A stretch of 64,000 nucleotides of DNA from an uncultured Spirochaetia bacterium. Its GTDB lineage: Bacteria > Oederibacteriota > PGYV01. Under the pieces are notes generated by a model, which saw only the letters and a list, made by a program, of their open reading frames with translations, ran no database searches and was not told the origin of the DNA. How positions within the stretch are numbered: position 1 is the stretch's first letter; each line of letters begins with the position of its first letter. The translations under genes and the position numbers were made by a program. The stretch covers positions 104,418 through 168,417 of the forward strand of contig CAYQIS010000001.1 in the NCBI GenBank assembly GCA_964417645.1, written 5' to 3'. Below, one piece after another: positions 27,304-36,029 of this stretch.

Positions 27304-28049
27304 CAGTTTTCATCCTTTATTACGCCGGGCACAAAATACTCTGCCATGGCTGTATCAACAAATTTTACGGCATCAACAGGTTCCATTTTCCAGTTTGCCG
27401 GGCAGGCGCTTAAAACTTCAACAAGGGAAAACCCCTTGCCGTTTATCTGGTTTTCAAAAGCCTTTTTAATAACTTTTTTTGCCCTTATAACAGAACCCGC
27501 GTCGCTTATTTTTACGCGCGCAAGAAACTTGGCGCCCGGCAGGCTTGACAGCAATTCGGGTATTTTTATCGGAAAACCCTGGTCCGCCGATTTCCTTCCT
27601 GCAGGAGAAGTTGTTGTAACCTGGTCAATAAGTGTGGTTGGCGCCATCTGTCCGCCGGTCATTCCGTAATTTACATTGTTGATAAATATTACGGTGATGT
27701 TTTCTCCCCTGTTCGCCGTGTGCACTGTTTCTGCCATACCTATCGAAGCAAGGTCTCCGTCTCCCTGATACACAAGAACAAACTTTTCCGGATGAAGCCT
27801 TTTGATTGCGGTTGCAACGGCAGGTGCCCTGCCATGCGCGGCTTCGGTTGTGTCAAAATTAAAAAAATCATAGGCAAATACGGCGCATCCAACGGGAGCA
27901 ACCGCAATTGCTTTTTCACGCAGTTTAAACTCGTCCACAAGTTCGGCAATTATCCTGTGCACTGTTCCGTGCCCGCATCCCGGACAGTATGAAAAAGTGG
28001 TGTCTGTAAGAGATTCCGGTTTTTTATAAACTGTTTTCAAGTTGTCCAT
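27303..28049 (-). CDS. 2-oxoacid:ferredoxin oxidoreductase beta subunit (TPP-binding)
   Basis: …YCPGCGHGTVHRII… and …VLVYQGDGDLASIGMAE… TPP-binding motifs. 248 aa. ATG overlaps the gamma gene stop. Confidence 0.85.
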   Translation of the reverse strand: MDNLKTVYKKPESLTDTTFSYCPGCGHGTVHRIIAELVDEFKLREKAIAVAPVGCAVFAYDFFNFDTTEAAHGRAPAVATAIKRLHPEKFVLVYQGDGDLASIGMAETVHTANRGENITVIFINNVNYGMTGGQMAPTTLIDQVTTTSPAGRKSADQGFPIKIPELLSSLPGAKFLARVKISDAGSVIRAKKVIKKAFENQINGKGFSLVEVLSACPANWKMEPVDAVKFVDTAMAEYFVPGVIKDEN

Positions 28050-28053
28050 TATT

Positions 28054-29097
28054 TCACCGCTTTTCTTTCATAAATTCAGCAATTTCTTCGGCGGTTGGAA
28101 CTCCTCCGCCCGCCCTTCCAAGAAATTCAATTTTAGAATCATCCATAACGGCAAGCCTTACGTCCTCAACAAACTGTCCCAAAGACATCTCAACAACAAA
28201 AACTTTTTTTGCTTTTTTGGACGCTTCTTTCAACGCATCATAAGGAAACGGCCATAGTGTTTTTGGCCTGAACACAGATACATTTAAACCCGAAAGCGCA
28301 GCAGCCCCTTTGGCAATCCTTGCCGTTGTACCGTAAGCGCAAAGAATATAATCATAATCTGTATTATTTTTAAATTCCCATTTTTGTTCCTTTGATTTTA
28401 TCAGCTCAAATTTCTTTCCAAGTTTAACATTGTGCGCTTCAAGTTCGCCCGGTTTCATCATAAGGGAATTTATCCTGCGGCCCGGCCTGTCAACAGCTCC
28501 GGTTAAAGCCCACGAAGATTTATCATACTTTTTTTCCGGTCTTCTTCTTTTAAGGTCTATGTCTTCCATCATCTGTCCAAGCAGCCCGTCGGTTAAAACC
28601 ATAACAGGAACCCTGTACTCATCCGCAAGGTCAAAGGCGTCAAAGGTTTGGTCATACATTTCCTGTATTGTTGATGGGGCAAGCACAATATTTCTGTAAT
28701 CTCCATGCCCGGGTTTTACAGCCTGAAAGTAATCCGCCTGAGACGGAGAAATATTCCCAAGACCCGGGCCGCCGCGCTGTACATTCACAAGAACGCAAGG
28801 AAGTTCACATGCGGCAAGATAAGATATTCCTTCCTGCATAAGCGAAATTCCCGGAGACGAAGATGTTGTCATGCAGCGTTCACCTGTTACGGCCGCGCCA
28901 AATACCATATTAATGGCCATAAGTTCGCTCTCTGCCTGAATAAATACACCGCCCGTTGCCGGCATCATGTAAGACATCAGTTCAGGTATCTCATTTTGCG
29001 GGGTTATCGGGTATCCTGCGTAAAACCTGCAACCCGCATCAAGCGCGGCAAGCACTATTGCCTTATTTCCCTTTAAAAGCTGTGTTTTTATTTGCAT
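28054..29097 (-). CDS. 2-oxoacid:ferredoxin oxidoreductase alpha subunit
   Basis: 347 aa with similarity to KorA/OorA (…YAGYPITPQNEI…GGPGLGNISPSQADYFQAV…). Confidence 0.85.
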   Translation of the reverse strand: MQIKTQLLKGNKAIVLAALDAGCRFYAGYPITPQNEIPELMSYMMPATGGVFIQAESELMAINMVFGAAVTGERCMTTSSSPGISLMQEGISYLAACELPCVLVNVQRGGPGLGNISPSQADYFQAVKPGHGDYRNIVLAPSTIQEMYDQTFDAFDLADEYRVPVMVLTDGLLGQMMEDIDLKRRRPEKKYDKSSWALTGAVDRPGRRINSLMMKPGELEAHNVKLGKKFELIKSKEQKWEFKNNTDYDYILCAYGTTARIAKGAAALSGLNVSVFRPKTLWPFPYDALKEASKKAKKVFVVEMSLGQFVEDVRLAVMDDSKIEFLGRAGGGVPTAEEIAEFMKEKR

Positions 29098-29321
29098 GTT
29101 TCCTTTTCCTTTAATGCAAACACTTCTATTGCTGCATCAGGGCAGACGGCGGCACAAAGCGTACAGGCTGTACATTTGCCGTCTTTGTTATTAAAATCAA
29201 CAATAAAATAGCCCATTCTGTTAATTCTGCTTCCCTGACTTATTAATTTTGCCGGACAAGCCTTTACACAAAGCAGGCAGGCCTTGCACCTGTCGGCGTT
29301 TATTTTTATTGTTCCTTTCAT
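29088..29321 (-). CDS. 2x[4Fe-4S] ferredoxin delta subunit of 2-oxoacid:ferredoxin oxidoreductase
   Basis: CKACLLCVKACP… and CTACTLCAAVCP give two CxxCxxCxxxCP motifs. 77 aa. Overlaps the alpha gene by 10 nt. The delta-alpha-beta-gamma order matches OorDABC-type 2-oxoglutarate:ferredoxin oxidoreductases. Confidence 0.8.
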   Translation of the reverse strand: MKGTIKINADRCKACLLCVKACPAKLISQGSRINRMGYFIVDFNNKDGKCTACTLCAAVCPDAAIEVFALKEKETCK

Positions 29322-29483
29322 GGAAAGCTCCTTCCTGATTAAGTCATTTTTTATTATTACATAAAAGGGAAATTATTACAACCACATTATTGATAAGGAC
29401 AGCTTTTACAGGCATAAACACTTGTGCCGTATTACAAAACTTTTTACTTTTTATTTGTATATTAGTAATGTATAATAATTATT

Positions 29484-30698
29484 ATGACAAAAAACAATAA
29501 ATTTAATCTTTTGGTATTAATAACCGCTCTTTTCGGAATAGGTATGGTCCTTTCCGATATTTATGTGAACATATTTATCTGGCGGCTAAAAAATAACTTT
29601 TCAATGATATGCGTTTATCTTATGGCAACTTATGCCGTTATACCTTTATTTTTCTACATAAACGGAATTCTGGCGCGAAAAGTGGACAGGGTTATAATCT
29701 ATAAATCAGGAATAGCGTTTTATGCAGCTTTTTATTTAAGCGTTATTATGCTTGGAGAAAAAGTATCGCATCACCTTATTGAAATAGGAATTTTAAAAGG
29801 TCTTGCCATGGGATTTTACTGGTTCGGGTATCACATATTAACTTTTGACTACACAAACGAAAAAAACAGAGACAAATTTTACGGACAAATAAGCGCCATT
29901 TCGGCCGCAAGTTCAATGATAGCGCCTCCTGTCGCAGGATACATTATAGTAAAAATGTCCGGCTTTACAGGTTATTATATTGTATTCGGTCTTACTTCAA
30001 TTCTGTTTATTGCCGCCGTTATACTTGCCTCTGCACTTAAATCAGATCCTGTAAGCTATCCATATAAAATATTGGATCTTATCTTTCCGAAAAATAAAAG
30101 ATGGCGGGGAGTTATGCTTGGGTTTCTTTTTATATCAGTAAGAGATGCCATAACAATGTTTATATTTGCCGTTTTAATTGTAAAAGTCACCGGCAGCGAA
30201 TTTACTTTGGGGAAAATAGCAATGTTTTTCTCGGTTGTCGGCATAATATCCGCCTGGTTAATCAGCAAAAAAGGAAGCCCCCAAAAAAGGCTTAATTATA
30301 TTCTTTACGGAAGTATAATACAATTTTTATCTTCTCTTTTGCTTGTTTATAAGATAGATTTTACCACTCTGCTGATAAACGCTTTCTTTACCCCTATAGC
30401 GGATAATCTGATAAGAATACCTCTTAACGCCCATTCTCTGGACGTGATAGCGGAGGATGCAAACTCGGAGAAAAGGAAAATGGAATATATAGCGGCAAGG
30501 GATTTCCCGATAGCCGCGGGAAGAATTGCAATACTGGCAATTTTCATGTGGCTGATAAACAAAATTCCCGGAGAAGCCGTAAAAACAATAATATTAATTG
30601 TATCGCTTGTGCCTTTTGGAATATGGCTTTCTTTGATATCAGCGCCTCCGGCACATCCAAGCCGGCACACGGAATCCGTCAATTATCAGGAAGCATAA
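29484..30698 (+). CDS. MFS-type transporter
   Basis: 404 aa with about 12 predicted TM helices in a 6+6 arrangement. TATAAT at 29471-29476 lies only about 7 nt before the ATG, so the transcript may be leaderless. Confidence 0.6.
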   Translation: MTKNNKFNLLVLITALFGIGMVLSDIYVNIFIWRLKNNFSMICVYLMATYAVIPLFFYINGILARKVDRVIIYKSGIAFYAAFYLSVIMLGEKVSHHLIEIGILKGLAMGFYWFGYHILTFDYTNEKNRDKFYGQISAISAASSMIAPPVAGYIIVKMSGFTGYYIVFGLTSILFIAAVILASALKSDPVSYPYKILDLIFPKNKRWRGVMLGFLFISVRDAITMFIFAVLIVKVTGSEFTLGKIAMFFSVVGIISAWLISKKGSPQKRLNYILYGSIIQFLSSLLLVYKIDFTTLLINAFFTPIADNLIRIPLNAHSLDVIAEDANSEKRKMEYIAARDFPIAAGRIAILAIFMWLINKIPGEAVKTIILIVSLVPFGIWLSLISAPPAHPSRHTESVNYQEA

Positions 30699-31005
30699 AA
30701 TCCTGAATAAATGAATCTTTTTCAGGCACATTTTGCGGAATATTTTCTTTCATATCAAAAACATCAAGATAAAAATCATAAATAAATCCCGCAATTCCGG
30801 CGCATCCAATTGCAGTCAGCACGGAAACAGCCGCAGCTGACTTTTCATCGGATATTTCCGCACCCAAAAAAGCCCCGCCAATTGCGGCTCCGGTTATAAT
30901 AAAAGCGCCCGCCGCCTGTTGAGTTGATGATATCCTTTTATTTGTAGTGGCACAGGAAACAAACAAAAAAGAAGCCAGAACAATTATAAAAAAATTATTT
31001 CTCAT
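30679..31005 (-). CDS. small lipoprotein with glycine-zipper TM motif
   Basis: Lipobox (LFVSC|AT). GAAIGGAFLGAEIS and AIGCAGIAGFIY are glycine-zipper-like. Its 3' end overlaps the convergent MFS gene by 20 nt. Confidence 0.4.
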   Translation of the reverse strand: MRNNFFIIVLASFLFVSCATTNKRISSTQQAAGAFIITGAAIGGAFLGAEISDEKSAAAVSVLTAIGCAGIAGFIYDFYLDVFDMKENIPQNVPEKDSFIQDFMLPDN

Positions 31006-32360
31006 TCAATTATCCTCTTTTTTATTGTCTCAGAATACCATTCACCGCTTTTTTTTATTGTTCTTTTCTGTGTTTCATAATTAACCCTTACCAAACCAAA
31101 CCTGTAGTCATATCCTGCCGCCCATTCAAAATTATCCAGCAAAGACCAATAATAATATCCTTTAAGATTTATTCCGCTGTTAACCGCCCTTACGCATTGA
31201 AGCAAATGCTCTCTTATATAATCTAATCTGTCATCATCTTTTACATATTCTTCTTCAATATTATCGTCAAACATGGCGGCTCCATTTTCCATTATATAAA
31301 GCTCAATATTGCCATAATCTTTTCTTATTCTTTCAAGAAGCAAATAAAGGCCTTCCGGATATACTTCCCAGTTGTTCTTTGTATACTTGGCGCCCGGCTG
31401 AGGTTTTATATTATTGCATTTAGCCCAATTAAAAGGCTCATTCTCAGGCGTGCTGAATATCCTGAACCTAAAATAGTAATTAATCCCTATAAAATCGCAT
31501 TTTGCGGATTTTATTTCTTCCATATCTTCTTTTGTAATAACAGGAAGCGTTCCCCTTTTTTCGTGAAACTCAATCATATCTTCGGGATATTTTCCCAAAG
31601 TAACCGGCTCTATATACCAGCGGTTCCACAGTCCGTCAACAATACGTGCGTTCTCGCGGCATTGTTTGGTATCCTCCATGGCAACAACCGGCGACATGCA
31701 CAGCACGGTGCCTATTTTACCTTCCATGCCCATTTCTTTAAAAAGTTTGACCGTTCTTGCATGCGCAAGATTTAGGTTATGCGACACTTCAATATCAGCT
31801 TTGGGATCGGCAATCCCGGGAGCAAATCTTCCGGTTCCATACCCAAGATTTGCAACAACATACGCTTCATTGAATGTTGACCATAATTTTACTTTTCCGC
31901 CAAGAGCTTCAAACATAACCCTTGCATATTCAACAAAGGCGTCAACTGTATTCCTGCTCTGCCAGCCCCCCCACTTATCCTGCAGCGCCTGAGGCAAGTC
32001 CCAGTGATAAAGTGTAAGACACGGCTCAATTCCCGCTTCCAGCAAGGCATCAACAAGCGTAATGTAAAAATTAAGCCCTTCCTTATTTATCCTTCCCGTT
32101 CCTTCCGGAATAATCCTTGGCCAGGAAACCGAAAAACGATAAGATTGAAGATTTAAAGCCTGCATTATTTTTATATCTTCGGCAAATCTGTTATAGTGGT
32201 CGCATGCCACATCACCGGTATCATTGTTTCTGATTTTTCCGGGTATGCGCACAAAAGTATCCCAAATAGAAAGTCCTTTGCCGTCTTCTTTATAAGCGCC
32301 CTCTATCTGATAAGCAGAAGTTGCGGAACCAAGAATAAAATTATCGGGTATTTTTACCAT
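31002..32360 (-). CDS. GH1-family beta-glucosidase
   Basis: …NFILGSATSAYQIEGA… is the GH1 N-terminal signature. …TFNEAY… carries the acid/base Glu and …YIMENGAA… the nucleophile Glu. 452 aa. Confidence 0.9.
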   Translation of the reverse strand: MVKIPDNFILGSATSAYQIEGAYKEDGKGLSIWDTFVRIPGKIRNNDTGDVACDHYNRFAEDIKIMQALNLQSYRFSVSWPRIIPEGTGRINKEGLNFYITLVDALLEAGIEPCLTLYHWDLPQALQDKWGGWQSRNTVDAFVEYARVMFEALGGKVKLWSTFNEAYVVANLGYGTGRFAPGIADPKADIEVSHNLNLAHARTVKLFKEMGMEGKIGTVLCMSPVVAMEDTKQCRENARIVDGLWNRWYIEPVTLGKYPEDMIEFHEKRGTLPVITKEDMEEIKSAKCDFIGINYYFRFRIFSTPENEPFNWAKCNNIKPQPGAKYTKNNWEVYPEGLYLLLERIRKDYGNIELYIMENGAAMFDDNIEEEYVKDDDRLDYIREHLLQCVRAVNSGINLKGYYYWSLLDNFEWAAGYDYRFGLVRVNYETQKRTIKKSGEWYSETIKKRIIE

Positions 32361-32424
32361 TTAAAATCTCCTTGTAAAATTTCCCGATATTTTAACAAAA
32401 AGAAGAAAAAGCTTAAATGATATT

Positions 32425-32829
32425 TTAATCCGTTATACGCAGATCAAATACAGGCACTATTCCTTTTGCATAAGCTTCATTTATTCTTAATATTTCCTCA
32501 TCCGTAAGTTCTATCATTCCCTTAAAAGCCGTTCCATGATGAAAGTCACCCACAAAAAGCGGATCACCTTCTTTTGTGTTATAAACAGACTTTCCGTTTT
32601 TCTGCCAGGAAACAAATATAAATTCAGCCTTTTGTTTCCTTATTGTTTCCGCTATCTCCAATTCACGCCCGTCAAACTTGTACTCTTTCCCGTCTATATC
32701 AATTGTAAATACCCCAAGATAAATATCTTTTATAAATCCTTCTTTGCCTATGATGCTTTTTGGCCTTTTATCATCATCGCCTTCATAAAAATCAAGATTT
32801 TTAACTCTTACTCTTTGTCCTTTTTTCAT
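32425..32829 (-). CDS. hypothetical protein (134 aa), no family recognised
   Basis: The ORF has its own terminator upstream (32896..32935) and a short gap before the beta-glucosidase gene. Sequence MKKGQRVRVKNLDFYEGDDDKRPKSIIGKEGFIKDI…. Confidence 0.4.
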   Translation of the reverse strand: MKKGQRVRVKNLDFYEGDDDKRPKSIIGKEGFIKDIYLGVFTIDIDGKEYKFDGRELEIAETIRKQKAEFIFVSWQKNGKSVYNTKEGDPLFVGDFHHGTAFKGMIELTDEEILRINEAYAKGIVPVFDLRITD

Positions 32830-32895
32830 TTTAATCCCCCTGTATCAAACTTTTTAAGTTTATAAAATTATACCCTGCAGTTTTAAGATGTCAAC

Positions 32896-32935
32896 AAAAA
32901 CAAAAAGCCCGCACAACAAAGTATGCGGGCTTTTA
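32896..32935 (-). terminator. Rho-independent terminator at the end of the rpsP-trmD-rplS operon (bidirectional hairpin)
   Basis: 8-bp stem agcccgca/tgcgggct (32906-32913 and 32924-32931) with loop caacaaagta. A-run on one side and T-run on the other. On the minus strand it reads …GCCCGCAUACUUUGUUGUGCGGGCUUUUUGUUUUUG. Confidence 0.6.
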
Positions 32936-32954
32936 AGATTTTATATTTTTTATT

Positions 32955-33377
32955 TTATTCGGCTTTTTTTTCCGAAACAGACTGAGACGCAGAATCTTCC
33001 GAATTTGACCCTGAGGCATCAAATTTCATAACTTCTTTTCTTGCTTTTCTTCCAAAACTTTCCCTTATATAGAAAAGTTTTGCTCTTTTTGCTTTCCCTT
33101 CTTTAATTACTTTTATTGATTCAATCACCGGAGAATTGATGGGAAAAGTTCTTTCAACTCCTATCCCTCCGGCTCCAATTTTTCTTACGGTAAACATGGC
33201 ATCCAAACCGCGGCCTTTTTTTGAAATTACAACGCCTTCAAATGCCTGTATTCTTTCTTTATTCCCCTCTTTTATTTTTGTGTTTACCCTTAAAGTGCTG
33301 CCGACATTAATCTTTTTTATGTCAGCGCCTTTTTTAGCATATTGTTTTTCCACCACTTCTTTAATTCTTGTGTTCAT
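32955..33377 (-). CDS. rplS: 50S ribosomal protein L19
   Basis: [31 protein letters not shown]…[27 protein letters not shown]…[16 protein letters not shown]… matches L19. The ATG at 33377 is preceded by GAAGGAG. The track's longer ORF (to 33407) begins at a TTG with no RBS. The tail is Lys/Ser-rich. Confidence 0.85.
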   Translation of the reverse strand: MNTRIKEVVEKQYAKKGADIKKINVGSTLRVNTKIKEGNKERIQAFEGVVISKKGRGLDAMFTVRKIGAGGIGVERTFPINSPVIESIKVIKEGKAKRAKLFYIRESFGRKARKEVMKFDASGSNSEDSASQSVSEKKAE

Positions 33378-34116
33378 TTTTTTCTCCTTCTTTAATAATG
33401 CTTTCAAGTATTGTTTTCTGTTCTTCGCTTAAAACAGCACCGTCAATCAATTCCGGCCTGTTTTTTAATGTTTTTTTTAACGCTTCCTTGATTCTGAATT
33501 TTCTTATTTCCTCATGATTTCCGGATAATAACACCTCCGGAACCTTATATCCGGCAAATTCCCTCGGCTTTGTGTATTGAGGGAAGTCAAGAATTCCTTT
33601 TGTATGACTTTCATAAACAGCTGACTCTTCATTTCCCAGCGCACCCGGCAAAAGTCTTATTATGCCCTCAGTAATAACCATCGCAGGGAATTCACCGCCG
33701 CTTAGAACATAATCTCCAATGCATATTTCTTCATCCACAAATTCAAGAACTCTCTCATCAACGCCCTCGTATCTTCCGCATACAATAGCAAGCGAATCAA
33801 GTTTCGAATATTCTTGAAGTTTTTTCTGCGTAAGTTTTTTCCCGGCAGCGCTCATAAGCAGCGACTTATGCTTTTCGGATTTAACTTCCGCTTTTACGGC
33901 CTGAAGCGCTCTGTATATCGGTTCCGGCTTCATTATCATACCGCCGCTTCCTCCATACGGAGTATCATCCGTCATCTTATGTTTATCATCTGTATAATCC
34001 CTTATGTTAAGAGCATTTATTGTAACCAAACCGCGCTCAACTGCGCGTTTTATTATACTAAAATCCGACGCCTTTAATATGACTTCGGGAAATATTGTAA
34101 GTATTGATATTTTCAT
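33361..34116 (-). CDS. trmD: tRNA (guanine37-N1)-methyltransferase
   Basis: [11 protein letters not shown]… is the TrmD SPOUT-fold N-terminus. 251 aa. Confidence 0.9.
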   Translation of the reverse strand: MKISILTIFPEVILKASDFSIIKRAVERGLVTINALNIRDYTDDKHKMTDDTPYGGSGGMIMKPEPIYRALQAVKAEVKSEKHKSLLMSAAGKKLTQKKLQEYSKLDSLAIVCGRYEGVDERVLEFVDEEICIGDYVLSGGEFPAMVITEGIIRLLPGALGNEESAVYESHTKGILDFPQYTKPREFAGYKVPEVLLSGNHEEIRKFRIKEALKKTLKNRPELIDGAVLSEEQKTILESIIKEGEKNEHKN

Positions 34117-34361
34117 TAAATTTCAGTTATCTCAACCGGTATCTTTTGCCTTATTCCTTTATTTATCGCAGCCATTGATACCAAACTTCTTATGGCTTTT
34201 ATTGTTTTGCCTTCTTTTCCAATCACAGCCTTTGTGTCATTTTTCGAGACTTCAATCAAGTACTTATTAATGTTGCCAAGGCCGTCTTCCTGTCCTATTA
34301 CTTTAACTTTTTCCGGCTCACTTACAAGAAGATTTACCGCATATAAAAGCAGATCTTTCAT
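34116..34361 (-). CDS. KH-domain RNA-binding protein (YlqC/UPF0109-like)
   Basis: 81 aa. VIGKEGKTIKAIRSLVSMAA is a GxxG KH motif. Sits between rpsP and trmD where rimM is usually found. Confidence 0.7.
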   Translation of the reverse strand: MKDLLLYAVNLLVSEPEKVKVIGQEDGLGNINKYLIEVSKNDTKAVIGKEGKTIKAIRSLVSMAAINKGIRQKIPVEITEI

Positions 34362-34685
34362 TTATTTTGCCTTTTTGGCCGTCTTTTCTTTCTTGGATTT
34401 TTTATTTTTTGCTTTTTTCGGCGGCATTACTTCGGCAAATATTCCCGCTTCTTTAAGAATTCCTTTTGCGGTATCGGATAAGCCGGCTCCGTTTCTAAGC
34501 CATTTTGCTATTTTTTCTTTATCAACTTTTATTATTGCGGGATTCTTAACAGGATTTATCGAGCCAAGCTCTTCAATATAAGCTCCTCCTTTTGCCGCAC
34601 CTCTTTCGTCACATACAACAAGCCTGTAAAAAGCCGTATTCTTTCTTCCCATTCTTTTAAGCCTTATAGTAATTGCCACCTGCAC
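34362..34685 (-). CDS. rpsP: 30S ribosomal protein S16
   Basis: …ITIRLKRMGRKNTAFYRLVVCDERGAAKGGAYIEELGSINPV… is collinear with S16. It has a Lys-rich C-terminal extension. Confidence 0.85.
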   Translation of the reverse strand: MQVAITIRLKRMGRKNTAFYRLVVCDERGAAKGGAYIEELGSINPVKNPAIIKVDKEKIAKWLRNGAGLSDTAKGILKEAGIFAEVMPPKKAKNKKSKKEKTAKKAK

Positions 34686-34718
34686 TACCTCCTGATATAT
34701 TTCATGTTTGTGTACTAT

Positions 34719-34793
34719 GGAGCCGATGACCGGGATTGAACCGGTGACCTAACGATTACGAATCGTTTGCTCTACCACTGAGCTACATCGGCC
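34719..34793 (-). tRNA. tRNA-Thr (anticodon CGU)
   Basis: Reverse complement gccgatgtagctcagtggtagagcaaacgattcgtaatcgttaggtcaccggttcaatcccggtcatcggctcca. 7-bp acceptor stem, D arm, anticodon stem aacga/tcgtt with loop ttCGTaa, T arm ccggttcaatcccgg, encoded CCA. 75 nt. Confidence 0.85.
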
Positions 34794-34824
34794 AAAAAAA
34801 ATCCGCTTAAAGCGGATTAAAATA

Positions 34825-34900
34825 TGGTGGCGAGAGACGGAATTGAACCGCCGACACGACGATTTTCAGTCGTCTGCTCTACCGACTGAGCTATCTCGCC
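34825..34900 (-). tRNA. tRNA-Phe (anticodon GAA)
   Basis: Reverse complement ggcgagatagctcagtcggtagagcagacgactgaaaatcgtcgtgtcggcggttcaattccgtctctcgccacca. Anticodon loop ctGAAaa, discriminator A, encoded CCA. 76 nt. Confidence 0.85.
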
Positions 34901-34994
34901 ACTTATTCATGTCATTATGGCTTTTTTAGCCGTATACAAAAATGCTTAAATATATTAATAAAAGCAAGTATTATTGTCAACTTAAAATTGGTAA

Positions 34995-36029
34995 TTATTG
35001 CCCGTATCCGTCCCTGTTTTTTATTGCAGTTTTTCCTGTAATTTTCACTCGGATAAACTCATATGAATATATGAAAAAAGTAGCAAGACAAACCGGAATA
35101 TGCCAAATCCAAAAAATTCCAGGTTTGCGAAAAAAACCAACAAAAGTCTGAAATATTAAAGGCAGAACTGTTATACAAGAAACAACGAACATCAAAATGC
35201 CTTTTAAAGGAAATTTTTTCCAAGGATATTTTCTATGTCCATACGAACTAAAATACATAAAATCTTTAACACGTCGATCCTGTTTTTTAAGAAACAATCT
35301 GAATTCAGGAGAATAAATATGTATTATTCCTATATTAACTTTTGCAAACTTCTTTAAACCCTTCTCCATCATTTGATATACTGCATCTATATCAAAAAGA
35401 TAAGGAGAATATGATGTTGCTTTCAAAATATCGGCTCTCAAAAAAGTTCCATTTGCCCCTATTGTCGGCATTCTATTTTTTTCTAATTCAATCAATATGT
35501 ATCCTTCCATTTGCTTAGTCTTAAGTTTCATCCCTGTCCATTTCCCCGTAATATAACTATATCTGTCATAATTTCCTATAAAAAGGCACAAAGGATCATT
35601 GATTCCGGCACATGCAAAATATTTTGTAAGACTTTTATTTTTTTCGTTATATGTAAAATATATTGGCTCACTTCCTAAAATTTCCGGTTCTTCAAGAAAA
35701 GGCAATACCATTTTACTTATAAAAGAAGTTTCCGGCATTATGTTGTCGCTATCTATGAATGCAAGTAATTCTCCAACAGAAATCTTTACAGCCTCGGCCT
35801 TTCCTGCTTCACCGGTTTGAAGCGGATTTGAAATTATTCTTATTTTCAATTTATCCATAAAACTCTTTATAATCTGAATTGTTCTGTCTTTTGAACCTGC
35901 GTCCGCAATGACCACTTCAAAAAGCTCTTTAGGATAATCTTGCAGGCATATTGCCTCTAAGCATTGACCTATAACACTCTCTGAATTATAAACAGGCGTA
36001 ATAATAGAAACAAAAGGTAATTTTTTCAT
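34995..36029 (-). CDS. family-2 glycosyltransferase (GT-A fold)
   Basis: N-terminus …PFVSIITPVYNSESVIGQCLEAICLQDYPKELFEVVIADAGSKDRT… plus a DxD-like motif (…AFIDSDN…). 344 aa with a C-terminal hydrophobic segment. Confidence 0.6.
   Translation of the reverse strand: MKKLPFVSIITPVYNSESVIGQCLEAICLQDYPKELFEVVIADAGSKDRTIQIIKSFMDKLKIRIISNPLQTGEAGKAEAVKISVGELLAFIDSDNIMPETSFISKMVLPFLEEPEILGSEPIYFTYNEKNKSLTKYFACAGINDPLCLFIGNYDRYSYITGKWTGMKLKTKQMEGYILIELEKNRMPTIGANGTFLRADILKATSYSPYLFDIDAVYQMMEKGLKKFAKVNIGIIHIYSPEFRLFLKKQDRRVKDFMYFSSYGHRKYPWKKFPLKGILMFVVSCITVLPLIFQTFVGFFRKPGIFWIWHIPVCLATFFIYSYEFIRVKITGKTAIKNRDGYGQ

Noticed and set aside
33378-33407. Longer rplS start ([10 protein letters not shown]…)
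   Set aside because: The track's M is a TTG without a Shine-Dalgarno sequence. The ATG at 33377 is preceded by GAAGGAG and matches the canonical L19 N-terminus.
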